DNA from: an uncultured Methanolobus sp.
GTDB lineage: Archaea; Halobacteriota; Methanosarcinia; Methanosarcinales; Methanosarcinaceae
Assembly (NCBI GenBank): GCA_963675495.1
Contig: OY776215.1
Coordinates: forward strand, 1,017,546-1,081,545
Direction: 5' to 3'
Length of the DNA stretch: 64,000 bases
The translations under genes and the position numbers were made by a program. The first letter of the stretch is position 1. Each line of letters begins with the position of its first letter. Below are positions 48,351 through 59,265 of the stretch, in pieces. The notes under the pieces were generated by a model. That model made no database searches, was not told the DNA's origin, and worked only from the letters and a program-made list of their open reading frames with translations.

Positions 48351-48950
48351 ATGATCGACGTAAATGAGTATCTTGAAACAGGATTTACTTTTCATGGCCA
48401 CAGGTGTCCTGCTATGCCGCTTGGAATGAGAATTGGGGCTGCTGCTATGAATGTACTCGGGGTTGACAGATCGAAAGATAAAGAGCTCCATCTGATCGCA
48501 GAGACAGGAAACGATCATGCAGCTGGGTGTTTTGTTGATGGCCTTATGGCTATTACAGGATGTACTTATGGAAAAAGCAATATTGAGAAGACCTACTATG
48601 GCAAAATGGCCTTTACACTCATCGATACCATAAATCAAAAGGCAGTCAGAGCATATATAAAGCCTGAATTCTTTGGAAACATGCTGAAATCTCCGTTTGT
48701 CGAACAGAGGAAAATAGGTGTACCACCACAGAACATTGATGCTGATATTGCTGAGCCATTGATTAACAAAATACTAAGCATACCTGAAGAAAACTTCTTG
48801 TTTATTGGCCCTGTTTTCGATTATCATTTTGAAAAGAAAAAAGGTGTTTTTGATACAGCATTGTGCGAGGGATGCGGTGAACGTACATTTGCTAATAAAT
48901 TGCAGGATGTTAATGGTAAAATGCTTTGCAAACCCTGTGCTGACAAATAA
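48351..48950 (+). CDS. FmdE/FwdE-family protein with C-terminal zinc ribbon
   Basis: FHGHRCPAMPLGMRIG motif and C-terminal CEGCGE...CKPC. Confidence 0.8.
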   Translation: MIDVNEYLETGFTFHGHRCPAMPLGMRIGAAAMNVLGVDRSKDKELHLIAETGNDHAAGCFVDGLMAITGCTYGKSNIEKTYYGKMAFTLIDTINQKAVRAYIKPEFFGNMLKSPFVEQRKIGVPPQNIDADIAEPLINKILSIPEENFLFIGPVFDYHFEKKKGVFDTALCEGCGERTFANKLQDVNGKMLCKPCADK

Positions 48951-49040
48951 GTAGTCGATAAACTAGAGCATTTGACGAGAGGTGCAATTGCACCAACTAT
49001 TTTTACATAATATACTGCTACAAAGTCTGGAATTGGTCAT

Positions 49041-49727
49041 ATGGATGTTATTTTAATTGCTGTTATCATCTTTTTCTTAGCTGTTATATTTTCAATGCTT
49101 GGCCTGGGTGGATCCTTGGTATATGTGCCTTTATTTTACTGGCTTGGCATTGATATGCTCATAGCAATACCTACAGCATTGCTTCTCAATGGTATAACTG
49201 CCAGCTCAGCAGCGATCACATATTACAGAAAAAAAATGATAGACTTGCAAGTGGCAGCTCCTTTTGTAATAGCTTCTACCATAGGAGCACCTGTTGGTGC
49301 TTACTTTACCAAGTTCATCTCCATTGAAACATTGTTGTGGATACTCAGCACTGTGTTGGTTTTTGCCGGAATACGCATGCTATTCTCCGGGAAAAAAAAT
49401 GTAGAGGCTCAAATTTCAGCCATCTCTACTGATAAAAGAAAGAGTTTTACCATTGGTATTTCTCTCGGTTTTGCAATTGGTGTTATTGCAGGACTTCTTG
49501 GAATTGGTGGTGGCGTATTCATAGTCCCTATTTTAATAGCACTTGGTTATGAGGTAAAACGTGCTTCTGCAACATCGGCTTTCATCGTATTGTTCTCTTC
49601 TTTCTCAGGGTTCTTTGGTCATCTGAGCACAGGACATCTGGACATAACTCTCATGATCTATACAGCTCTAGCTGCATTTGTTGGAGGACAGGTAGGTTCT
49701 CATCTAATGCACAGCAAAATGAAATAA
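49041..49727 (+). CDS. TauE/SafE (DUF81) family membrane transporter, apparently truncated by an in-frame TAA
   Basis: Multi-TM with the internal repeat typical of DUF81 (GLGGSLVYVP / GIGGGVFIVP). 23 further in-frame codons encoding a hydrophobic helix follow the TAA, up to the TGA at 49797. Confidence 0.75.
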   Translation: MDVILIAVIIFFLAVIFSMLGLGGSLVYVPLFYWLGIDMLIAIPTALLLNGITASSAAITYYRKKMIDLQVAAPFVIASTIGAPVGAYFTKFISIETLLWILSTVLVFAGIRMLFSGKKNVEAQISAISTDKRKSFTIGISLGFAIGVIAGLLGIGGGVFIVPILIALGYEVKRASATSAFIVLFSSFSGFFGHLSTGHLDITLMIYTALAAFVGGQVGSHLMHSKMK

Positions 49728-49831
49728 GAAACAATCAAACAGATGTTTGGTGTGGTTTTGTGGATAATGGCGTTCAAAATCGCTTATGGATTGATATGAT
49801 TTTGTGTAGATAGCACAAATTAAAAACTAAA

Positions 49832-49857
49832 AAAGCCCCGGCCGAAACCAGGGCTTT
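49832..49857. terminator. GC-rich stem-loop with flanking T/A runs between convergent TauE and icd genes (bacterial-style intrinsic terminator)
   Basis: AAAGCCCCGG-CCGAAA-CCAGGGCTTT. On the minus strand it is followed by TTTTTAGTTTTT, 22 nt past the icd stop. Confidence 0.5.
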
Positions 49858-49878
49858 CCTTTTGTTTCCAGAATATAA

Positions 49879-52206
<2,328 letters not shown>

Positions 52207-52301
52207 TCACTGCTGCTGATTTTGTCATATTTCAATCTTCTGATAATTTAATATTATAAAATGGAAGCTAAGTACAAATTGCTTTATTGATGACGGCATC
52301 A

Positions 52302-52484
52302 TATATATGTCATACCTAGAATGTGAACCAAATCTATGCGCTCGTCGTCACGGAAGAAGTAGCTGGTGGCAGTGCCGTTGTCCACTTCGTAGAACTGGTT
52401 GACGTAGTAGCTGAACTCACCGACAGAGTTCTGTTTCTTGACGCTCTGGCCGTTGGCGTCGTACCAGTATTTCTCACAGGAAAC
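52302..52484 (-). pseudogene. Rhs/YD-repeat coding remnant
   Basis: The minus-strand open frame lacks a start: CEKYWYDANGQSVKKQNSVGEFSYYVNQFYEVDNGTATSYFFRDDERI (YD-repeat pattern). It is bounded by stops at 52485-52487 and 52299-52301 and is visibly G+C-rich. Confidence 0.6.
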
Positions 52485-52541
52485 CTAAAGCATAACTAAA
52501 TATACATGCAAATGCATAATTCTATGTAAATGGTGAGAGTC

Positions 52542-52697
52542 ATGAAAAGATTTACTATCTCTATTCCGGATGATCTTAAACACGAAATGGATTCTTTGCC
52601 GGATATCAACTGGGCTCAGGTTGCAAAGGAAAGTATCCAAAAAAAGATCCATTTGCTCGACGAATTTGAAAGTTTTGAAAGGAGCCATGATCAATAA
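52542..52697 (+). CDS. Ribbon-helix-helix (CopG-like) antitoxin-like protein, 51 aa (below the ORF-track cutoff)
   Basis: Translated by hand: MKRFTISIPDDLKHEMDSLPDINWAQVAKESIQKKIHLLDEFESFERSHDQ. The TAA overlaps the next ATG (TAATG). Confidence 0.6.
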   Translation: MKRFTISIPDDLKHEMDSLPDINWAQVAKESIQKKIHLLDEFESFERSHDQ

Positions 52698-52984
52698 TGT
52701 CCACGTTGACGATCCCGATAGATGACGAACTCTATAATAGGGTACAGGCTTTTTCATGGGTAAAATGGTCCAAGGTCGCACAGGACGGTATAAGGAAAAG
52801 AAAGATACTTGAGATCTATATCCGGGACAAGACGATCTCCGAGGAAGACGCTGAGTTCTGTGAGATGATCGACTGGCACCCTGTTGATGAATTGCCGATA
52901 AAGCAGGAGATTATCGGGAAATTAAAGGCGACGGATAAGAGCTCGTATGAAGCTGTCGAGGACATATCTGATATCTTCAAATAA
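52697..52984 (+). CDS. RHH-like antitoxin paralog with acidic C-terminal extension
   Basis: MSTLTIPIDDELYNRVQAFSWVKWSKVAQDGIRKRKI aligns with the N-terminus of the preceding 51-aa product. Confidence 0.6.
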   Translation: MSTLTIPIDDELYNRVQAFSWVKWSKVAQDGIRKRKILEIYIRDKTISEEDAEFCEMIDWHPVDELPIKQEIIGKLKATDKSSYEAVEDISDIFK

Positions 52985-52992
52985 ATGATCCG

Positions 52993-53271
52993 GTGATCGG
53001 TGTGACCTATTCCCTTTTTATTTCACCGGAATGCAGGAAAGATATCAGGAAGCTGACAAGGAAGAATCTCCATCTGCAGAACATACTTGAAAAGAAGATC
53101 AAGGACATCCTTGATAATCCAACCCGATTCAAACCGTTACGTAATGAACTTGCTGGCTACTACAGGGTGCATATCATGACCAGCTTTGTCCTTATTTTCA
53201 CCGTGGATACGGAGGAAAGGACAGTTTCGCTCGTACATTTTTCCCATCATGATGATGCATATAAAAGGTGA
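52993..53271 (+). CDS. RelE/ParE-family type II toxin
   Basis: Pattern Y.L.IS..C.KDIRKL...., NP.RFKPL...LAGYYRV.I...FVLIF.VD.E...V.LV.F.HHDDAYK. GTG start at 52993 or 53002. Confidence 0.7.
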   Translation: MIGVTYSLFISPECRKDIRKLTRKNLHLQNILEKKIKDILDNPTRFKPLRNELAGYYRVHIMTSFVLIFTVDTEERTVSLVHFSHHDDAYKR

Positions 53272-53471
53272 TTGTTCTTTCACCTGCTGCGTAGAGAGAT
53301 TTAAGAATCTCTTCAAAGAAGACAACAGAAGCATAAATTACTGCAATCAACGAGTGAGAGATGGATATGGGCAGAAGGTTGCTTGGTGTTTTACCGGCCC
53401 TGCGGGCCGGTCTTTGTGCGACGACAAATATGTGCCCACATTATCCAGAGCCTCTGTTGCACTGAATAGTA

Positions 53472-54350
53472 TCAATTGCCTTTGCTAATCAAAAAATCAT
53501 CCTTTTCTAATATATTCAAAGCAATGGCGAGACATTCGTCACTTTTTGGTTTAAAAATGTCTTCTCCAAAATTCACGACGAATATTTTGTATATTTTTGT
53601 TGCTAGTTCTTGCTCATCTATTTCTCCTTTAATTTTCATTTCTTTGATAAATTCACAAATTGAAACTGATTCTTTATTGTACTCATCTTTTGGAGCATGA
53701 GGAAACAATCCTATTGGATCCCAAGTTTCAACCATTTCACTAGAAACTCCTCTTTCTTTCATTCTCTCAGCACCGTGCAACGTAGTTTTACTCCAATAAA
53801 CTTTCAGGCCCGGATTCTTGACATAAGTGCCCAGTTTTCCAAAGTCATGCCCATACTCCATAAAGTAATTAGATGTATGGAGAGAGTCACCTAAATTATC
53901 TCCTTTCTTGGCATCTGCTGTCTTGTCCAATAGCTTGAACAAATCACCAACATTGTCTGCATGAGTCACACCTTCCTCAACGGCCATAACTGCAACTCTA
54001 CCGCCTGTTGCAACTGGCAAAGCTAAGCATACAACATCGACAGCAAGACCAATATAGGTCCACTTATCAGCATTACCAGTACAGATGTCATTCAGGTCCA
54101 TCGCAAGGAAAGCAAGGTCCAGTCCAGTCTCAACATAATGCCCACTCGGATCAACATACCTCACCTGATTATTCAACGTATAAGCATACCTATTCAGCGC
54201 CTGCGGATAATACACATCTTGCAGCATCGTATCAGGCTGCACGAATACCCTGTACTCAGGCGAGTAATACCTCGCGTAGTACATCAGTTCAGTGTCTGCA
54301 TCGTTCTCCTGACCTGTGAAACCGTACTTTTCCAGACCGCCGGACTGCAC
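53472..54350 (-). CDS. Orphan Rhs C-terminal core + PT-TG-like region + variable toxin domain (5'-truncated polymorphic toxin cassette)
   Basis: KYGFTGQENDADTELMYYARYYSPEYRVFVQPD..NRYAYTLNNQVRYVDPSGH is the Rhs-associated core ending in DPxGH. Next come LALPVATGG (pre-toxin TG-like) and TTLHGAERMKERGVS (DUF4258-like motif). An out-of-frame Rhs fragment lies immediately upstream (54351-54411). Confidence 0.7.
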   Translation of the reverse strand: MQSGGLEKYGFTGQENDADTELMYYARYYSPEYRVFVQPDTMLQDVYYPQALNRYAYTLNNQVRYVDPSGHYVETGLDLAFLAMDLNDICTGNADKWTYIGLAVDVVCLALPVATGGRVAVMAVEEGVTHADNVGDLFKLLDKTADAKKGDNLGDSLHTSNYFMEYGHDFGKLGTYVKNPGLKVYWSKTTLHGAERMKERGVSSEMVETWDPIGLFPHAPKDEYNKESVSICEFIKEMKIKGEIDEQELATKIYKIFVVNFGEDIFKPKSDECLAIALNILEKDDFLISKGN

Positions 54351-54468
54351 CTGTCCGTATGGTAGTACTCGGTGCGCTCGACGTCGCGGAAGAGAGAAGA
54401 TTCATCTATTTAAAATTATTTTGCTGAAACATAATTGAAAATTGGTTTTTTCCAGAGTCCTACACGAC

Positions 54469-54702
54469 TCATTTTGAATTTGCATACCCTGTGCTCTTTG
54501 CCAAATTGAGTAACCTTAAAATTGTGACGGAAAAAATAAAGGTAAAACCAAGTAAAACAACTACAAGAAAGATGGCTCTTTCTAAAGACACATCTGTGTA
54601 GAACAACATAACAGAAGCAATGGATATAATGATAATCTGCCCAAGCAAAGAAAGCAAACTGAGCCTGACATACTTGTGCTTTAAGAACATTCCTAGATTC
54701 AT
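54469..54702 (-). CDS. Hypothetical small membrane protein (two TM helices)
   Basis: 77 aa with two clear hydrophobic helices. It is preferred over the overlapping Cys/His/Phe-rich 103-aa frame. There is no family signal. Confidence 0.3.
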   Translation of the reverse strand: MNLGMFLKHKYVRLSLLSLLGQIIIISIASVMLFYTDVSLERAIFLVVVLLGFTFIFSVTILRLLNLAKSTGYANSK

Positions 54703-54800
54703 CAGGATATATTGAAATTGAAGCCATTTATAGATAATTGCCCTATAATTTTGATTTGCGATACAGTATCATTTTACATAATGGTAACATATATCCATAT

Positions 54801-55643
54801 ATGACACCAAAATTTCCTATCACCGACGAGCACATGCACATAGACCTGCGGGCAAAGGGACTAAAAGCGGTCAAGGAGTTCCAGAATAATGGTGGAACAC
54901 ACATTTTTCTTGTCATGAAACCGAGCTGGACCCTTGGGATCAAAGTTACAAAACCTGAAGACCACATCGCTGTCTTTGAGGAAACTGTTGACATTTCCCG
55001 CCAGATAAATGAAACCGGCGTTACCTCATTCCCCGTACTTGGAGTTCATCCGGCAGAGATTTCGAAGCTCATTGAATATATGGACCTTGAAAAAGCTGTT
55101 GAGACCATGAAAGGCGGACTGGACATTGCAGCTGGCTATGTGGACAAAGGACTTGCTGTGGGACTTAAGAGCGGACGGCCGCATTACCCGGTAAGCCCGG
55201 AAGTGTGGGACGCTTCTAATGAGGTCATGGAATATGCATTCACACTTGCAGCAGATCATGACTGTGCTGTTCAGCTTCATACTGAGACTGTGGAAGAGCC
55301 GGAACTGATCGACATAACGCAGCGTGCCAAGAAAACTGGCGTCAAACTTCACAAGGTGGTAAAGCACTATGCTCCGCCACTTGTCGATGTTTGTGAAAAG
55401 CTTGGAATATTTCCCGGCGTGCTTGCAGGCAAAGGTGCCATTGAGGAAGCACTTGAGCAGGGTACCCGGTTCATGATGGAAACGGATTATATTGACGACC
55501 CGGAAAGACCAGGAGCAGTCCTAGGACCAAAAACAATACCCAGAAGAACATTGAAGCTTGCAGAACAGTTCGGAGAAGAACCTTTCTGGAAGATCCATAA
55601 GGAAAATCCGGAAAAGGTCTACGAAGTTGATATTGAGCTTTAG
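54801..55643 (+). CDS. TatD-related metal-dependent hydrolase (TIM barrel)
   Basis: N-terminal metal motif ITDEHMHID, later HTE.. and D residues. The ATG at 54801 is preferred. Confidence 0.65.
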   Translation: MTPKFPITDEHMHIDLRAKGLKAVKEFQNNGGTHIFLVMKPSWTLGIKVTKPEDHIAVFEETVDISRQINETGVTSFPVLGVHPAEISKLIEYMDLEKAVETMKGGLDIAAGYVDKGLAVGLKSGRPHYPVSPEVWDASNEVMEYAFTLAADHDCAVQLHTETVEEPELIDITQRAKKTGVKLHKVVKHYAPPLVDVCEKLGIFPGVLAGKGAIEEALEQGTRFMMETDYIDDPERPGAVLGPKTIPRRTLKLAEQFGEEPFWKIHKENPEKVYEVDIEL

Positions 55644-56965
55644 AAGCGCTCAATAAGGATCATATAGATATCCATTACATTGGTGCCTGTGGGGCCTGTT
55701 GTGATCAGGTCGCCTGTTTCCTTAAAGTAGACATAGGAATTGTTATCGTAAAGCTCACGCCTTGCATCCATCTGCACATTCTTACCCCGCTGGACAGTGT
55801 CACCGTCAGCAAAGGCACCTGCATGGTCTGTGGTACCATCACTGCCATCTGTACCTGCAGCAAGGAAAAGGACACCTTCAAGGTCTACGACCTCTATGCC
55901 AAATGAAAGAGCCATTTCCTGACATCTTCCACCTGCTCCTTTTCCCTTCATGGTAACTGTGGTTTCACCACCGGCAAGAATACATGCAGGAAGTGGCAAA
56001 GGAGTCCCTCTCAACCTTTCCTCCCTGGCAATCGCAGCAAATACCTTGGCTACCTCCTTTGCTTCACCAATGATCGATGAAGTAAGAATAGTGGTATTGT
56101 AGCCAAGTTCAGATGCTTTCTTTTCTGCTTCCTGAAGGGCAAGGGCGTTATTGCCTACCAGATAATGAGAGGCACTTTCAAAAACATGAGCCCCAAATGA
56201 TGGAGTCTCATCTACCACACCTTCAAGACCGTCCTCAAGCAAGCCGCTTACAGCAGGTGATAATTTGAGATCATACCTTTGCACTATCTCATAGAACTCG
56301 TCAAACGTGGAAGTGTCGGGAACCGTGGGACCTGACGCAATAACATCCAGCGGATCCCCCACAACATCAGAAAGAATGAGACTCACAGACTGTGAAGGAT
56401 AAGCCATTTTGGCAAGTCCGCCACCTTTTATGGAACAGAGATGCTTTCGTATTGTGTTAAGCTCATCAATCGTAGCACCTGCACGGATGAGACCATTAGT
56501 AAGCTTTACAATATCAGTGATGGATATTCCTTTGCGTGGAAGTGTAATTAGTGCAGAACCACCACCTGAAATAAGGAAAAATATAAGGTCTTTCTCACCT
56601 GTGTGCTCAAGAAAATCATGGATGGTTTTACCGGCAGCAACACTAGTACCATCAGGTATCGGATGGCTTGCTTCATAAACTTTCATCTTTGTAAGGGAAT
56701 CAACAAAACCATATTTAGTGATAGCAACACCACCTGTCAGGTAGTCTCCGAGGATGTCTTCAATAGCCTTTGACATAGAGATTGCAGCTTTCCCAAAGGC
56801 AATGGCATATATGTTATCGTAAAGTGAAAGGTCATAGGAACTATCGTTAATGATAACGGTCTCACTTTCTTTGTTCATAGCCCTGTAGATACAGGCAGAT
56901 GGATCTACTGCAGAAATTGCTTCTGATAATATAGAGTAAGCATCGTTTCTCATTTTTTCAGCCAT
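55640..56965 (-). CDS. Glycerate 2-kinase / hydroxypyruvate reductase family (DUF4147 + MOFRL)
   Basis: AFGKAA, LISGGGSAL, SIKGGGLA and C-terminal GTDGSDG motifs; 441 aa. Confidence 0.8.
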   Translation of the reverse strand: MAEKMRNDAYSILSEAISAVDPSACIYRAMNKESETVIINDSSYDLSLYDNIYAIAFGKAAISMSKAIEDILGDYLTGGVAITKYGFVDSLTKMKVYEASHPIPDGTSVAAGKTIHDFLEHTGEKDLIFFLISGGGSALITLPRKGISITDIVKLTNGLIRAGATIDELNTIRKHLCSIKGGGLAKMAYPSQSVSLILSDVVGDPLDVIASGPTVPDTSTFDEFYEIVQRYDLKLSPAVSGLLEDGLEGVVDETPSFGAHVFESASHYLVGNNALALQEAEKKASELGYNTTILTSSIIGEAKEVAKVFAAIAREERLRGTPLPLPACILAGGETTVTMKGKGAGGRCQEMALSFGIEVVDLEGVLFLAAGTDGSDGTTDHAGAFADGDTVQRGKNVQMDARRELYDNNSYVYFKETGDLITTGPTGTNVMDIYMILIERF

Positions 56966-57008
56966 ATGACATCATCCATGTTTAAAACATAACCAAAATA
57001 TCATCAGT

Positions 57009-57683
57009 TCAGGAAGGACTGTACATTCCAATAAGTTCACCATAGGCAATAACGTGACCATCTATGGCATCCTCTACAAGAGCTCTACCAGAACCACTTT
57101 CAATCTCCAGCTTCGAATCAAGTGCGTAGAATTTGAAAAAATACCTGTGGGTACCTGAAGGAGGACATGGACCGGTGTATGACACCTTATTTGCATTATT
57201 TACCCCTTCTATACCAGGAATACTGTCTTCAGCAATTATCGTTTGATATATATCCCAGACAACCCAGTGTGTAAAGGTTCCTGAGGGTGCATCAGGGTCA
57301 TCCATGATCAACAAAAGAGATTCGACATCCTCTGAAAGACCAGCAACTTCCAGCGGAGGATTGATGTTTTCCCCGTCACATGTATATTTCTCAGGAATAA
57401 AAGTTCCATTTTCAAAAGCAGAACTGGATATGATCAATTCACCCACAGGGACATGGTTAGAAACTATTTCCTGTGGCACTGAAGAATCGTTCTTTGATCT
57501 GTTAACATCGTATAGGTCAGGGAGCTCATCCGGCTCTTCATCCGTTGGTTCAACACAACCTGAAAATGTTAGAACGGATAATATTAGCAATATAATTACA
57601 GATGTTGCTCTTAAACGATGATAACATATGATAATATCACGAAAATATTGATATGAATTGTTGACCCCTAACATATTTCCCAC
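57009..57683 (-). CDS. YbhB/YbcL (PEBP, Raf-kinase-inhibitor-like) family protein, probable lipoprotein
   Basis: Lipobox-like LTFSGC. PEBP motifs DPDAP..TFTHWVVW and GPCPPSGTHRYFFKFYALD. Confidence 0.8.
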   Translation of the reverse strand: MGNMLGVNNSYQYFRDIIICYHRLRATSVIILLILSVLTFSGCVEPTDEEPDELPDLYDVNRSKNDSSVPQEIVSNHVPVGELIISSSAFENGTFIPEKYTCDGENINPPLEVAGLSEDVESLLLIMDDPDAPSGTFTHWVVWDIYQTIIAEDSIPGIEGVNNANKVSYTGPCPPSGTHRYFFKFYALDSKLEIESGSGRALVEDAIDGHVIAYGELIGMYSPS

Positions 57684-57790
57684 AAGTGATACACTAATTG
57701 CAGCCTATTTATTGTTTGTGGACTAAAAAAAGTGCTAGAAATAGTTAATTCGAGACGCACGAACCACTGTTTTGGAGGTTACATAAAAAT

Positions 57791-57973
57791 TTATTCCTCA
57801 GGAATTATGATCCATGCAAGTATATAGAGAAAAAGACCTGAACCATACATGAATATAGCAACTGCCCACAGGAGTCTTATTATCACCGGATCGATACCAA
57901 GATGATTTCCAAGACCGCCGCAAACACCTGCAATCATTCTATCTGTTCTGGAACGCGTTAATCTATTGTTCAT
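57791..57973 (-). CDS. PspC-domain membrane protein
   Basis: 60 aa: LTRSRTDRMIAGVCGGLGNHLGIDPVIIRLLWAV + TM. Internal ATG at 57973. Confidence 0.75.
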   Translation of the reverse strand: MNNRLTRSRTDRMIAGVCGGLGNHLGIDPVIIRLLWAVAIFMYGSGLFLYILAWIIIPEE

Positions 57974-57992
57974 ATTTACCTCATAATTGATC

Positions 57993-58349
57993 TTACAGTT
58001 CACAAACCTTACAATTTGTTCCGCTACATTCAGGATTATCAAACTGCCATTTGAGACCCCATTTTTTAATGCTCTGTAATATAGATAAAAACTCCTCACC
58101 ACTCTCTGTAAGTGAGTATTCAGACTTGATAGGGAACACTGAATCATCAACCTTCTTATCAACAAGGCCATGCTGTTCCAGTTCTTTCAATCTTGTAGAA
58201 AGAGTCTTTGGGGTCACGTCCTGTAATTTGTTTTTCAGCTCATTGAAACGTTTTTGCTTATTTTCCCCCTTGTATAACTCGTGCATAATACATAAAGACC
58301 ATTTTTTGCCGACAATATCGACCGTTTTGTATATAGTACAATCTTTCAT
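57993..58349 (-). CDS. HxlR-family transcriptional regulator with C-terminal Cys cluster
   Basis: VDIVGKKWSLCIMHEL..RFNELK..L.DVTPKTLSTRLKELE..GLV is the HxlR pattern. C-terminal CSGTNCKVC. ATG at 58349. Confidence 0.78.
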   Translation of the reverse strand: MKDCTIYKTVDIVGKKWSLCIMHELYKGENKQKRFNELKNKLQDVTPKTLSTRLKELEQHGLVDKKVDDSVFPIKSEYSLTESGEEFLSILQSIKKWGLKWQFDNPECSGTNCKVCEL

Positions 58350-58440
58350 AGTATCTAATAAGAAACCACCCAATATATAAGTGAGTATCCATAATATACC
58401 TAGTATCCAGAAGATTATTTTGGAAGAAGGAGTGACCAAT

Positions 58441-59100
58441 ATGGCAAAAGATCTACTTGAAAAGGGAGCAATTCTACAGCGAGACCAGGAAACATACGCA
58501 ATAGCACCACATTTACCTGGTGGAATTGTTTCGGCTGAACATCTTGGAAAGATAGCAGATGTTGCAAAAAAGTACGGAGCTGCAACATTAAAAGTAACTT
58601 CATCACAGAGAGTAGCTATCGTAGGATTGAAAGAAGAGGATATCGATAAAGCCTGGGAAGACCTTGGAATAAAGCCAGGTGCAGCAATCGGACTTTGTGT
58701 CAGGAGTGTAAAGATATGCCCCGGTACGACGTTCTGTAAGCGTGGACAACAGGATGCTGTAAGTCTTGGATTAAAACTTGATGAGAAATATCATGGAATG
58801 GAACTTCCATGCAAATTCAAAATGGCTGTTTCCGGATGTATGAACTCATGCTCAGAACCTGCTATCAAAGATATTGGTGTCATGGGTGCCCCAAAAGGCT
58901 ACACTGTCATGGTCGGCGGAAATGCAGCTATCAAACCAAGAATCGCTGATGTCATCGCAGATGAATTAAATGAGGATGAAGTACTTGCACTTGTAGACAA
59001 GATAATCAGCTTCACTAAAGCCAATGGATCAAAACACCGTCTTAGCAGAGTAATTGATGAGATGGGAATTGACAAATTCAAGGAAGAGATAGGCTTATAA
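58441..59100 (+). CDS. Small nitrite/sulfite reductase-like protein (siroheme/[4Fe-4S] domain, Dsr-like protein type)
   Basis: Cys pattern C..VK.CPG...C ... SGC.NSC is typical of the NiR/SiR Fe-S/siroheme site. About 219 aa. ATG at 58441 after GGAG. Confidence 0.7.
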   Translation: MAKDLLEKGAILQRDQETYAIAPHLPGGIVSAEHLGKIADVAKKYGAATLKVTSSQRVAIVGLKEEDIDKAWEDLGIKPGAAIGLCVRSVKICPGTTFCKRGQQDAVSLGLKLDEKYHGMELPCKFKMAVSGCMNSCSEPAIKDIGVMGAPKGYTVMVGGNAAIKPRIADVIADELNEDEVLALVDKIISFTKANGSKHRLSRVIDEMGIDKFKEEIGL

Positions 59101-59265
59101 TCGGAAGTATTTTTCAAAGGGGAATTTTCCCCAGATTTTCTTTTATTTTAAAATTAATTCTTTAAAAACGGAGTTGTTATTATCGAAGATGTTAAACCGG
59201 TCACTAAAATTGCAGTAATAAGATGCGATATAGTTTCGGAAGCATGCCCGGGTGTCGGTTGCTTT

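Noticed and set aside
54416-54727. 103-aa minus-strand ORF overlapping the 77-aa membrane-protein frame.
   Set aside because: Its Cys/His/Phe-rich, non-protein-like translation makes the alternative 77-aa two-helix frame more plausible, and even that frame has low confidence.
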